Part shown: in pieces, positions 28,435 through 42,500 of the stretch
How positions within the stretch are numbered: the first letter of the stretch is position 1
Layout: every line of letters begins with the position of its first letter
IMG/VR virus record: IMGVR_UViG_3300028591_000014
Coordinates: 1-64,000 of that record
Reading direction: 5' to 3' (one strand)
Length of the DNA: 64,000 nt
Source of the DNA: a virus
Lineage: Duplodnaviria > Caudoviricetes
The notes under the pieces: generated by a model
The model's database searches: none
What the model was told of the DNA's origin: nothing
What the model saw: only the letters and a program-made list of their open reading frames with translations
Translations under genes and position numbers: made by a program

Positions 28435-28532
28435 TGCAACCTTATTATGACATTGCTATAGGAAATATGGTTAAATGTTGTAAAGGAGAGCGCATACATT
28501 GTGCAGGATTTAAATGGAGGTATTACGAATGA
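28434..28532 (+). pseudogene. NUMOD1-like remnant of a homing endonuclease
   Basis: 32-aa ORF ...IGNMVKCCKGERIHCAGFKWRYYE resembling the NUMOD1 CCKGxRxxAGGFKW pattern. Confidence 0.65.
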
Positions 28533-29530
28533 TGGATATTTCAACCCCCTATTACTCAGATTTTTCGCGCATCAGTAACTCGAATATAGGCTGGTTTCTG
28601 CAGAAGGGACCAGCCTATCTTCATAAGATGCTAACAGATCCACCACCAGAGGAAAAGAATCCGGTGTTGGAACGTGGAACTATGATCCACGAATATATTC
28701 TGCAGCCCGAAGAGTTCCAAAAAGACTATGTAGTCTGGGACAAAAGTAGACCTTCCTCTGCACAGCAGGAGAAGTTCTGTCAGGCATTAGCATCTTCATT
28801 AGAAATAGAGCCTAATAGAGCCATTCTAAGCGCTTTTAAAGAAGCCTATAGTACAGCAGGAAAGTCCGAGGACAAAATGCTGTCAGAAGGCCTTAAAATA
28901 GCCTCTACGTTGAAGGATTACATAGACTTCCTGAAAGCAAATGACAGGAGAAGTATGATTAGTCCTTATGAGTATCGTATGCTTGAGAAAATTAAGCAGA
29001 ACATACAGTCTCACAAACTTGCTAATCGTATTGTATATCTTAATGATGTTAATGCGAGCGGTAAAGAAAATCATCACGAATTTCATATTAACTGGACATA
29101 CTATGTAAAGATGGCAGCTGGAGTTAAGTGTAAATCATTGTTAGATGGTCTTACACTTGATTTTAAGAATAAAAAGGCTACTATCTATGACTTAAAGACT
29201 ACACAGAAGTTGTGGCACTTTGAAGATAGTATTGATCAGTACGATTACTGCAGACAGCTCTGTTTTTATTATCAGGCTGTTGTTTGGTACCTTAAGTATG
29301 AACTAAAAGAAGATCCTAACAGTTGGACTTATGATTGGTATATTATAGGTATTGATACTACAGGTAGTTATGAAATACGTGTATTCAAAATTGATTATTA
29401 TATGATAGATTCTCGCAAACCAGTAATAATGAATGCGATGAAGGAAATCATGTGGCATCAAGATACAGGCAAGTGGGACCATAGTAGAGAATATTATGAA
29501 GGCGATGGCTCAGAATCTTTAAAATTATAA
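28532..29530 (+). CDS. RecE/exonuclease VIII-like PD-(D/E)XK nuclease
   Basis: ISNS, GTMIHEYILQPEEF, CKSLLD, IYDLKTT, YCRQLCFY. Confidence 0.85.
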   Translation: MDISTPYYSDFSRISNSNIGWFLQKGPAYLHKMLTDPPPEEKNPVLERGTMIHEYILQPEEFQKDYVVWDKSRPSSAQQEKFCQALASSLEIEPNRAILSAFKEAYSTAGKSEDKMLSEGLKIASTLKDYIDFLKANDRRSMISPYEYRMLEKIKQNIQSHKLANRIVYLNDVNASGKENHHEFHINWTYYVKMAAGVKCKSLLDGLTLDFKNKKATIYDLKTTQKLWHFEDSIDQYDYCRQLCFYYQAVVWYLKYELKEDPNSWTYDWYIIGIDTTGSYEIRVFKIDYYMIDSRKPVIMNAMKEIMWHQDTGKWDHSREYYEGDGSESLKL

Positions 29531-29535
29531 AAAAT

Positions 29536-29739
29536 ATGAACAATACTAATACTACAAAAGATTATACAGAAAATATAGTAGACCAGGTAGAAGAGTCTGC
29601 AAAAAAGAACAACACTTCTATTGTAGACAATTCTGAGGAATTGCAGTTGTTAGATGTAGATGACATAGAGGAGGAGTTGCAAGTCGAAGATTATACCGAC
29701 GCAATTGATGCCAATGTATTCTTGTCTAAGTTGCTGTGA
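29536..29739 (+). CDS. Small acidic protein
   Basis: 67 aa, D/E-rich. Confidence 0.6.
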   Translation: MNNTNTTKDYTENIVDQVEESAKKNNTSIVDNSEELQLLDVDDIEEELQVEDYTDAIDANVFLSKLL

Positions 29740-30212
29740 TTTTTAAAAATAATTCTGAGTACATAATTCCTTTTGTAATAAAGGATTACAATATATTCAA
29801 AATAGGGTATACTATTTCTTATGTCGATACTGGCATATTGTACAATTATCTGTATGTAGACATACTATTAAAAAATGAAACCGTTTTAAAGACTATTCAT
29901 AGTATAATAAAAAACGAGCCGAATTTTAATTTTATCAAAATATCACAAAACAAAATACAACTTAGATTTTTGATAGATAAAAGTTTGGATTTCATCGTAT
30001 TGCCTATTATAAATAATGGATATGATGCATTAAGCAAAGACGATTTGAGAGATTGTGTATTCTTTTGGAAAGAGAAGAGTTTAGAAGTATTAAGTAAGCA
30101 AAAAACCCCGACCGCTCGTGAGAGTAGTCGGGGTTTATTTTTTTTATTTATTCATAATTTGATTTTCGTAATACTTTCGTTTATCTTTAGAACCATACCA
30201 TTGTTCATATAG
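29736..30212 (+). CDS. Hypothetical protein whose frame runs through the terminator
   Basis: GTGA-coupled start; AT-rich. Confidence 0.45.
   Translation: MIFKNNSEYIIPFVIKDYNIFKIGYTISYVDTGILYNYLYVDILLKNETVLKTIHSIIKNEPNFNFIKISQNKIQLRFLIDKSLDFIVLPIINNGYDALSKDDLRDCVFFWKEKSLEVLSKQKTPTARESSRGLFFLFIHNLIFVILSFIFRTIPLFI
30100..30146. terminator. Bidirectional terminator between the convergent arms
   Basis: A-tract, CCCCGAC...GTCGGGG stem, T-tract. Confidence 0.85.
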
Positions 30213-33200
30213 ATTGTGAATTGGAAACATTTGAAAAAATGCTTTATCTAATCTAGTCCAATCTTTATAAACACCTCTGGTTATAATATTATCGTCAACA
30301 TTCTTCTGAGAACTAGAACCAATGAAAGTATCGTATAGGCTTGCTTGCGGAGTAACATATTTAAACAACTGCGTACCGAGCGCACCTATTTTATCCATAG
30401 TACCCGTTTGTGCAGATACCGTTTTAATGTTGTTGAACAAATCGCTGTATCGGTAAGGAGTATATGTTTCCCATTGAGTTCTTCTAGCTATGTATGCAGC
30501 AAGCTATAAAGAAAGAACATCTTTATTGTCATCATCGTCTGCCAAAGCTGCTAAAAGTCCTACAATTGGTGTAATAAAACCCCAGAAAACAATTTGCTCT
30601 GCTATTATTTGACGCAATTGTTGTTTACGTGCGTTTGATATTGCTGCGTCTTCTATTGTCGCCGTATTGTTAAAATATGCGTCATAGTTTGTTTTATAGT
30701 TGTTAATACTTTTTTCTATAGAAAATGAAGTAATTAAATCTTTAACAAACATTCCAAGTATGTTGAACAGATAGTGGAATCCGGTTCTATTTATACCGCC
30801 AGTATACTGTTGTGTATCCATATCCCATACCATTTCTCCAAAACGCTCCGTTAACATAAGTGGGAGATATTGTCTGTGTGTCAATACAGCAGCACCTAAA
30901 AAGTTAGTAGTGATTGCTGCTTTTTGCGTTTCAGTAGCCATACCGTCAGCAGATTCAGAATATTTTTGTATTCTGTTGTGTAACACATTTTCTACTTCTG
31001 CGTAAGCTTTCTTATACTTATTTTCAATTTCAATATGATTACCATCAACATACATCACAGAATATACAGAATCAGCATCTTCCCATTCCGCAAGAGCTTT
31101 TGTATAATCTTCTACGCTGGCGTTATACATATTATTTAATAGGTCTTCTCTTGTTATAAAATGACCATTATAATAATGGAACGACATAAGCGTAGATACC
31201 ATTATTTGACTTTTTATTATAAAATCCTAAGAAGTCAACATACCAAAACACCAGTTTTCCCATAATGCATTTACAGCACGATTTCTATTTGAATGCTCAT
31301 ATTTTCTTACACCTTGGTTTGATAAGTTATACAACTCAGCCAGAAGCATAAGTTTATCTCTTGTTGTTTTATCTCCTATGTATTTAGCACCCATACCATT
31401 CTGCAAAAGATGATACATCACCTCCATACCAGCTTGATGTGATTCTTTAACACCATATTTAGTACCGACAATGGCGTTTATAATGTGTGCATATGAAGCA
31501 GTAAAGAAACCAGTAGCAGCGACAGCAGCATTCATACCAAGGTTTAAAGCTACAGTAAACGTCCTAAACAAAGAAGCAGCTTTACCAAGATTAATATCGT
31601 AGCCGAATATGTTATATTCGTATCGCTAATTTCTTATGTTATACAGATTCATATCCAGAAATTTTCTGGCAACTTTTGCTGTATTTGAATCAGTACCGTC
31701 AGTAAATGTAGATTTTTTTGATTTCTTCTTTACAGAAAATCTGTTTGTGGTTTGATATGTTCTGTCTTCCATCATATCAACAATAGCTTCGCAAGAATCT
31801 TTTATTTTCTGTTTTTCGGAGTATCTATACGCTTGTCGGTAATATTCACATACAATACCAATAAGGTCTGCAGAAATCTATGACGGATCTTCCAGTTTCT
31901 TTACATAATACTAAGGTATCATATTTAACTGTCTACCGTTAGGTCTTCTTGCTGATACATTAGATCCTCCAGAATATTCTTGAGACATTATGACTTCGCC
32001 GAGCTCGTCTACATTATTTAACGCATTCTACAAAGACATTCCGAATTCTGTATTTTGCTGCTCTAATATACCAAACGTATCTTTGAGATATTCCCACGAT
32101 GCGTGAGCTTTTGATTCTTGATTTTTAAGTCGTTTATAGAACGAACCAGTCATTTGAGGAAGAAGATAATCATCATGCCACGATTTATTTTCAAACTGTT
32201 CATTTGATTCTTTCATCGTATCATGCACAGCTTCATATAAAGCGTTAAGAGTTTCTGAATTCTTTATTTTGTTATACGCTTTTGAATTATCATATCTGCC
32301 GTTATCATAATCTAATCTTGGAACCATTGACATGTTTTCAGATTCATCAAAATTAGTATTCAGTAGTGATTGGCTGTCTTCATTTATTATATATTGATCT
32401 CCAGGAAGAGATTCAACAAACATGTCTTCATATTCAGGTAACGGTTTTATCGCATTAAACCATCTATAACGTTGTGTTATAGTAGATCCGTCCTCCCAAA
32501 ATGCGGTTACGTATTCTGTAGCTTCTACAAAAGGATCGGTTAAATCATCAAAGTCATCCATAAAGAAATCATCCTCTTCGACCTACTGTGCGAACGTGGC
32601 ATATTTGGCAGCATCGTATTCCTATTTCATTCGTATATACGCTTGAGTTGGGGCAGATGTTGCGTATTTCTAGAATATCTCTTGGTATATAAGATTATAT
32701 TTTGCTATGATAGGATTTGAAGCGGCAGCTTTTTTTATGTTTCTATTTTCAAGTTCCAATTCTTTAACACGTTCTTGTATTGCAGCTGGAACCATATCAG
32801 AAGAATACTCGCCTAAGTTTGTATCGAAATACGGAGACAGAAGGGATTGTATCTCTTCTTTATTTTTTTGATATTGGCCGTTTTGATCGTATCGAATAGC
32901 GTCTCTGTCTATACCAGTACGTTCTTTGAATTCTCTGTTTATAGTTTCAAACAATAACGACTTTCCTTCAGAATTCTTTTTGAGTCGGCGTCTAGAAGCC
33001 CTTGCGTCAAACATTCGTTTGGCGTCGTCTTCAGTCATACCTTCTGCTACTTTTTTAGCAATAAATGCGTTTCTGTCAGCATTCCAACGAGCTTCATCGT
33101 ACTTAAAATCGGCATTCTTATCGCCGTATAAATCCTCATTTAGTTGCTATAGTTCTTTAGCTATTTTCCATGCAATAGAACCTCTATCTTTCTTATGTCC

Positions 33201-36200
33201 GTTTATATCGTAATCGCTAGTCAAAATTCTACGCTCCTGTATATACTGTTTATACTTACGATAATCATCTGGAGTCATATCTTCCATATGGAAATTTCCA
33301 TTTTCGTCAGTAACGTTTGCTCTAAGAATGCGAATCTTACTCTGAATCGCTTCTCTTTTTTCAGCAGTAACATAAGACAATTTAGAATAAGCTTCATAAT
33401 ACTTAGGAAGGTATTTTCTATCTGCACGTTTAGATAACCATTGAATTTTTGCCAAATTCCATATTATACGGTCCTATTCATCATCTGGAGCAATTCTGTT
33501 CTTGGGGTCAAGAACATGTTTTATATACCTTGTAACTCCTTTTTCGTCAACAAAACCAGTCTTACCAAGATTTAAGTTTGCTAAAAATTCGTTATAATCT
33601 TTATAAAACAATCCATAATTACGAAGACGTACCATATAACCAGTAGTAAGTCCTTTATCGTCAAGCTCGTATAAATCTTGAACAGACTCTCCAGACTTTA
33701 ACTTATCTAATAAAACAAGCAGTTTTATAGACTTCGCATTAGATTTTCTATCTGCGGTATCTAACGCTTTGTTTACCATATATGCAAGAGCCCTAAGACC
33801 ATCATCTTTCGCTTTATCTGCACTACCGGCATATAAGAACCACGCTGAAGTATCGTACCCGATTTTTTCGAGTTCTCCTAAATACTTACCCATAGTAGGA
33901 GAATGTGTTTCTTGTCCTATTTTCTTAAGGAGATCTCGAACGATCATACCTTTTATACTTTTCATATAGGTTTCGCCTTCATGTGTGATACTTATACAGT
34001 CTGCGATATTCGTTTTTAACCTGTTTATAATTTCTACAGCCTAAGTCTGTTGACCATTATTATTTAGATCGTCTATCAGTAGCGATACAATTCCTGGTTC
34101 AATCAAAAGCTCCTGTATATCTTGTAGAATCTTCTAATATGTTCCAAAGTTATCATGCCGTTGATACATGTATACAGTAGGTGAAATCCTTGAATTATCT
34201 CTATAAACAGCTTTTATTGCATTCAAATCATCTTTTATTTGCGGTTTAACCTAAGACAATAAACTAGATATTACAGCAAACGAAGACATTTGATCAGACC
34301 TAAATTGCTAAATCTATGCTTCTATTATTTCTTGTTGTCTTACTTTATACTCTTGCGGTAGGTCAGAGACCTTTACAGATAGCAACCTGCTAGTAAGAGC
34401 GTCGGCTATATCGGAAAACTTTTGTCTAACTTTGCCCTATGATGTAGAAGTGTACGAAGAGGCATTAATGTTTACGTTTAACATTGGATTATATTCCAAA
34501 ACTTCTATTTGTGCGTCTATTAAACGTTCCTATAATACCAGCTGTTCATTGGCTAAAGTATCTTCATCTATACTGTCATATATTACCTATAACGCCTTAT
34601 CTAGTTTTATGTTACCTCTATCAATAGTTGGCATAGATACAAGATAATCATTTACAACATCCTCATATTCTTGTAATTTTTTTACATTTGTTTTAAAAAC
34701 TTCTTTATTTACAAGAAATTTAGTAAACGTGTTTATGAATTTTCTAATAGCCTTTACTATCTTCGGACGATCGTTATCAGCTTCCATAGCCTTCTGAAGC
34801 ATCATAAGTCGCGCATTTCTATCAGTAAGGTATACAGCAGCAAATTCTTTTTCGTTCTTCAATATGTAATAACCACCGTCTATATCATTACGGCTATATT
34901 GATCTTTTGGAAACGCCTTATCGAGCAATTTAAATACTTCTCGATTACTTCTAGCAAACTATCTTTCTATATCAGTTACCGGAGTATTTATAGCTTTTAC
35001 GGTACATGCGTGTATTATTTCATGCAATATAGTATCTGCTAGAAATTGGTTAGACACTGCAGCAGCATTTGCCTAATCTATTACGATAACGGTACCACCA
35101 TTTTTAAGTTCTATGGCTCTAGCAACCTCTCTTCCGGGAAGGTTATCGAATCTAACAGGTATATCATGCCTAGCGAGTATATCTGCCAAACGCATATTTC
35201 TTGGAGAGAATAACCGCTTAGATACAAGATCTGACATTATTCTTACACTGCTTACAACTTTTCCTTGATTTAATTCTGTAGTGCTATTACCAAGTGTATT
35301 TGTAGTTGAAAACCTACCAAATCTAGAAGACTCTTTTTGTTGACGTAAAACATTGTCTAGAAGAGGTTCCCCGTTTATATCCAAATTAGCCTAAGAACTG
35401 CTATATTCTATAAAACCACGAGTTCCTACAAACTTATTTGAATAATTAAGCCCTTCAAATAACAGATTATACATATCCGGGGCCAATTGATAATACAGAC
35501 TTGTCTTTAAGAAATCTGAAAGCTTTTCGTCTTGCGATGCATTCTCTTTTTCTATAATGCCTAGTTTTCTTAATACATATAAAAGCCAACTGGCTATTTG
35601 ATGAAATAGCGTTTTGAAATTACCGACGTTTTTAATCGAAGAAACCTGCATTAAATCGTAACCGAAACTACTATTCGCAAAAAATTCTGCAACAAATTCG
35701 TACGGATCTTTAAGACCATATGCACTTTTTATTGGTTCATACTCCGATTGTTGTTTTATATAATTTATCACACGCCAAATATCGTTTTGTAACGATTTGT
35801 TTCTGGACAATGCGTACATTGTTAACGCGTGTACTATTTCATGAACGACGGAAGTAATAATCCAGTTATCTGAGCTGTCCAATGATATTTTTATTTGACC
35901 ATTAGAATAATCATATTGTCCACCAGCAAGTCCTGATTTTGTATTGCGAGCATATAAAACATTGAAAAACTTTATAGATATTTCTTCAAGCTAACCTGTT
36001 AAATTAGATGAAGTTATTATATCGTCAAATAAAAAGTTGACAAGTTCTGCATATCTATAGTCGGAATACATGTCTCCTTGATTTACTGCAGTGTGTAATT
36101 TTTTTAAAACCTCTAATGCATTATATTCATCTGCGCCTCTATCAAATATAATATTCAAAAGAGCTCCGTTATAATCAGAAGAATCACCAATTTTTCTACC

Positions 36201-36527
36201 ATCTTGTATTTCTTTAGATGCAAACTAACCCGTGTTCGTATAAGCAGTTGTTTTTAAACGAATAGCCTCTTTTCTACCAAAACGCTCTTCCAATTGCTAA
36301 AACAATATAGACTTATTACCGTTAGGTGCGCAATCTACAGGATAACCATTGTTTAAATCAAACATTTTATAAGCCATCGCCGCAGCTGACTTATCAAGTC
36401 CGCTTCGTTGCATGCGCAATTCTGCGGACCTGAATTCATCGTCAGTTAAGGGTCTTCCTCCAAAAGCCTATATAATGGAATTAAAATCGTCTGTTACAGA
36501 CTTTAAATGTATATTTGGACAAACCAT
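30144..36527 (-). CDS. Large virion/ejected protein (~2127 aa, TAG read through) with two zincin-like HExxH motifs
   Basis: Ten ORF fragments in one frame, with TAG at each break checked; starts MVCPN; motifs VHEIVH and LHEIIH. Confidence 0.8.
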
Positions 36528-36544
36528 AATTATTTATTATTAAT

Positions 36545-39500
36545 TTAACACCCGCCTAATAAATCATCTTCATCATCCATTAAAGCTTTTATACTCTCCA
36601 AATCATCCTATTTGGTCTAAGATCCCAAAATAGAACTAATGCCGGATTTACCTCCGGAACTCTGTTTAGAATCCTCTGCAGCTTTCTTTATAGCAGCAGT
36701 CTATTTTGCCTTAGCTTGTTCTGCCTATTCCGATAGATTAGTGAACTGCGTATAAAGTTCTGTAAGTTGTGATGATATATTTGCGAATATTTGTTGTTGT
36801 TCAGGACTTATTGTTTTGGATAAAGCTTCTCCAGAGTACATGTTTTTAAGATTACTATAATCAGATATATCTTTATAATCGTCTTTTTTATAAACAACAT
36901 GTAGTCCGTCTACAGTTCCATTTACAATAGTATTTCCATTGGCACTTCTTACAAAATCATCAAACATATACGGTTTTAATGCTTTTACTGCAGAGCCTAA
37001 CGCCAATGAGAACTTTCCGTCATGTACTGTATAAAACTATTTTATTCTGTATCCCTCTAATATAAGTCTCGAGAATAAATCCTACAACATATCTGCAGTT
37101 TTTATGTACTACAATTGAGCATACATGTTTGCAGACTATGTAGCAACAAATACATCAAGCTTTTGCTAGATATCTTTTTCGTTTGCATTTTCACCATACG
37201 CAGCAATAAGTCGTTCTTTCTCGAGTTGTGTTTGTAGATTCTTATATTCGTTAAATTCTGCGTCTGATATATTGGATACAAGACTTCCACTAACCCCGAT
37301 CTAGATACCTCGCTCTTTAAACTCGTCGCCAATATTAGATTTTAATTCGGAATATAGCTAATCAAACGATTTCGTTGGATCTATTTTTATTTGTATATCT
37401 GTCGATCGTTGTATATACGACTCTTCTGATGTACCTCTGAATACACCATCAAACCTAACAACACCGTCGTCAGAACGCATCAGCTGAGACAAATTACTAC
37501 CCAAATTAGACGCACTCTATGTCCACGTAATAGGAGTGTTTACAACCTAATCTGGCTTAAAATATAAATAACACACCTCTCCTTGATCTGTTGTATACTT
37601 CTGCTAATCTAACCATATAGCGAATTGTCTAGCATCGATAGACTGTTTATTTTCAGATGCAAATGCTGCGTCCAGTCTATTCTCTTCGAATACAGATCCG
37701 TATTCAGAACCAGAGAAAAATTCATAATAGTGGTTAGATCCTTTGTGTATTCCAAGTTTTGGAATAAGTTTATATACACAAAGAGGTGTTTGTTTATCTT
37801 GTATACCAGATTTAAATCCTATATAACCAACGCGTTTATAAAGATAAAACTAACCGCCTTCTTCGACTTTTACATACTTATCAACAAAGCTATCAGTAAC
37901 TATTACTCCATGAATAAATCTATTACCAACTACATTTGTGTTGAACGAAACTTGTCCACGAAAATCGCTTTTTGCTCCACTAAGAACTTCAGAAACAGAA
38001 GGAATTGTACGAGAATTATAATAGACTTTTTTAACAACGTTATCGTCGTACCAATAATTTCTACATATTATCTCCAAGAATTCTTCTGCAGTTCCACTGT
38101 CGTCACTCCTAAAATCTGAGAAGAAGTCTGTAGTTTTTGGAGATATCACATGCCCTAGTTGAGCGTCAGATAGATTATTTAACGCCTTAGACAAAGCTTC
38201 GTCATACTGAGTACGTCTTGGCGGAGGTACCAAATCAAAAAACGAGTTGACTGTGTTAGAATCAAATGTAGAATAATACGCAAACAACGCAAGGTCTTCT
38301 GCTAACATTCTAATTCTTAATGAAGGAGATCTGAACAGCTGATCAAACGCGGAACGCAACACACTCTTTTGTTGAACATCGACTTGCATCTGATTTCTTG
38401 CAAGAATTATTCTACCAACAGGAAATTCTTGAGATGGGGCTTGCGGGAATATAAAAGATAGAAATTCATTAGTTATTTCTCCATATCCGTTTACAAGGCC
38501 AGCCAATAGAGGATTGTTTGGATTTTTTTGCACAAAATCTTTGATCAGAGACAAATTCTAAAATATAGAATTTCTATAATGTTCCCTATACACAAGTTTG
38601 TCGTGATCTGTAAGACTTTTATTTTCTTCCAATTCTTTATCAAGATCTTTCATATCTTGTTCTGAGTATCCGTATAAAAGTCGTTTATAGTTTTTATAGA
38701 TTTTGCCAAGATCCTAACCCATATTGAAATCTACACCACCTTTCTTTGTTTTGGTGTGCAAAAGAACTTTAAAACGCATTATATTATCTATAGCCTGGGC
38801 CATAGAATCTACACGATCTTGTTTTAATACTGGTTCATATCCAGGAACGGGATATTTTTTACCAGGAACATTCCAATCAACAGGGCCGCTCAGTATTCTG
38901 AACATAGTTGTCATTATCGTACGGAAATGATCTGTAGCAGTAAAAGTCTGTGATCTGAGGATATCTCTTGTTAAATCTGTTGCGGTATATAACTTATCGT
39001 CTAAGAATGAATCGTGAAAATACTTTCTAAGAGCATATGTATTCCCTTTTTCTTTAAGAACCGAGTTTATTTCGGTCAACTGTTCTTTAGTGTAAGAATT
39101 GTTAGGAGAACTATTCTTATTAGTAATATCACTACTAATATACCAAGTTACTTTACGAGTTTTGTTTTTAAACTGCTCGTATCTATTTATAAAGTTTATG
39201 TGACTTGGAACGTCGTTTCCAAACTTCTTAGTATCTACCTATGATAATTGTACAAGGTTTGACATCTCTTCTGCATAAGTATTTATTTTGTCAAACGCAA
39301 GCATTGTTACATACTGGAAATATAAAGACTACAACGAGTCTTTATATTTTAATGATTTCATACCCTCTTCTACATCCATAACATACTCCCAGGGAGTTTT
39401 AAACTTATCTGGATTCGGAGATACAGCCTCACTTGGTTTTGTCAGTATGGAATTTATTGCATTATTCCAATTGTTAAGATCCTCTTCGTTTTCAAAAATA

Positions 39501-42500
39501 GTAAGCTGTAAAGCAGCTTTCATTTTTTCAACAAGATTATTTTTTATTTTGCGCTTTGCATTACTCTTAACATATACATTCTACGAGTCATCTATATCTC
39601 CCTTGATATTACTTCCGTAAATACCCCCTGCTGTAGTTACAATCTGTGCGTATTCCTTCAAACACGGTTGAGCAATGAATGTGAATGTAGACATTCCCAT
39701 ACCAGCTCTAAGTAAGAAGTTTACATGGTTGTACGTAGCTTTATTTACGTTTATGGCAAATATATATGGGTCTTTAGCAACGTCCACATGTGCATTCACC
39801 ATAGCAGATAACCATGCAGATATACGCTCTCCATCTTTTCCTAGAACGCTATCCAAATCAAGGAATCCGAATTGGTTGTTGTTAGAATATCGCATAACTA
39901 GGTGCATGGCCTGTGTTAACGCCATATTTGTAACATTTAATGCAAACGGACCGATACCTTGTTTTCCGATATAAAACTCCATTTTAGTTCTAGCCTAGAA
40001 TGACGGTAACAAATCATACATTGCAGGCTGGTATCCCCTTTGTGTTTCTCTCACATAAGGAAGAAGTTCTTTCTATATCTTTTTAGTGATAGTATCGATA
40101 GATGCGCGGGCATCTGCATACGTTTTCTAATCAGATATTATTTGCATATATCTAAGCAACAATCTGTTTGATATAGCTGCAGAAATATAGTCGTCATCAA
40201 GAATTTGTTTATCGTTCCACATTTCGATAAGCTTGATCGGGTCTACATCTTGATCAGCTATACCCTAATTAGCCATCGCTACTTCAGAATATTCTAAAGC
40301 TTCTTCAGGACGTCTCCTTACTGGAATTCCCTTGAGATATGCATCTATTTGAGAACTAGATATTTTTGCAAGCTGTCCATCTATATATGCCATTGTAGAC
40401 AAGAAGATCTTATCTACGTCAAAGTCCGAACCTGTTTGTGCAGTAAATTCACGCGGAACAACAACAACATCGCCAACCTGCTCTTGAAGGATGTCAGCAA
40501 CAGTAAATGCAAATATGGATGACATTCCCTGTGTAGGAATACGATAACCTACACCAAACGGAGTTGTTTTAGCGGCCGTACCATCTGTTTTTGTTCCTTT
40601 TATTATATCGTGATCAATAAGCCATTGACGCCTAACAGTATACCCTTTATTCCATACATTTGTTGGGATTACAGATCTAAAGAAGTTTTCTGATAACAAG
40701 ACTTCCATAGAACCGTCTGGCAAGTTCCAATTAAGCTCCTCTCCGTTATTATATGCGTGGTATTTATTACCGCTTACGGTATTTCCTTCATCATCTACAT
40801 CAAACTGAGAGTCAATATTCTCTTTGTCATACCCAGTAAAACCGAACAAACTCTACTGAATAGCACTGCCACCTCTCGTATTTATATTAATCACTTCTTT
40901 ATTAACAAGCGCTGACACACCGTGTTCAAACAATTTTCTAGAAGCAAGTGACGCAACACTGCCGTATGTATGAAGAATTTCTTCAGCCTACAAACCAACA
41001 TCATTGTTTTGGGCAATCCTAATCATCAGATTGCGAACTTTCTGTTTGTCAACTGTTCCATCTACGTCATTATATAATTCAGACATTACTCCGTTTGCAC
41101 CAAGCTTAGTCAAAGCTTTTATACAACGCATGATGTCTGATTTTATATCAGCTCCGTTCATGGTTTTTACCCAAGGTTTGTTTTCTCCATACGACAATTT
41201 ATCAAATACATTTGAGAAAGCAAGTTTGAACATCTACGTACCAATCGAACGCTCGAAATCCAAGTGTGCTTCAGTATTTAACTGCATTCTAAGACTCGTA
41301 AGCTCCTGCTGTATTACTCCAAGCTCTTCTGATGACGATTCTATTCCATCCTGCAGTTTCGATAAATCTACAGCATTTTTCTCGTACGGAGAGTACTTCT
41401 TTTTATTTGATCCCACTTTTACTGCGGATGAAAACAACACCATATCTATTTCCTCTCCACTCCTATTCATTCTTTCATACAACTGAGAACCAGAAGTAGC
41501 AGATGCTTGGAATTTAAACAGCGGGAATATTGCCATTTTGTTATAAATAGGCCTGTTTATGACATTGTCAGAGGATATTGAATATGGACTATTCTAAAAG
41601 TACGACATCTTCAATGGGAATAACTGCAGTCCGTGTACTTTTTTTGACAACTCGGGATCGTTCATCCAGTCTGGAGAAGTCTCCAATATCCAATAAGCCG
41701 TTTCATCGTCATCTGTCCATTGTCCGAGAGAAATTCGTATTTTTCTATAAAGAGACGGTCTTATTACAACCTGTGCGTCAGATACTGTAATACCATCATC
41801 TTTTTCAAGATCTTCTATGTTATATGGATTAATTTGGCTAGCAACGCGATTATTGATTGCTTTTACAGCCGCAGGATCTATTTTTTTAAACTTATCCCAC
41901 TCTTTACCAAAAAATTTATCTCGATAAAGATTGTTTATATAATCCATAGACACATCTGGCTTATGCGTCATTATATGGTCAATAAACGCTTGTCGCAAAA
42001 ACATATGACGTATAAACGGAACGTGTTGTGAAGACGTATTAATATCGTTTACAGTAAGAGTTGTGTATTTAGTATTTCTAAGATCAGCGTCTTTATACTT
42101 CTCTGCAGCCTCTTTTGAATAATCGGTTCTAAGGTTCTGACCTGGGGATAATACTCCACCAAGACGCTTGATTTTGTCTGCGTGAGCGTCTCTTATATCA
42201 TGAACTGCAATAGTATACGGCTTATCTTCAATATTAAACTGAACAAGTGTATTTTCTTTTTGGTTTTTCCATTTATAAAAAGCAGGATCTCCAGAAAATA
42301 TCTTCTCGAACTCTATGATGGACGTCATCGTATTTATTGTATTATTTGCCATAGCAGATAATACAAAATTTTCAGCAGAATATCGATCTTGATATACATC
42401 AACCATAGTCGACATGACTCCTCCTTTTTGGAACATATCTTTGTACGAGTTGAGAACGTCTGCAGGAATTGCTATAGATTCATAAAAGGTTTGCCCATTT

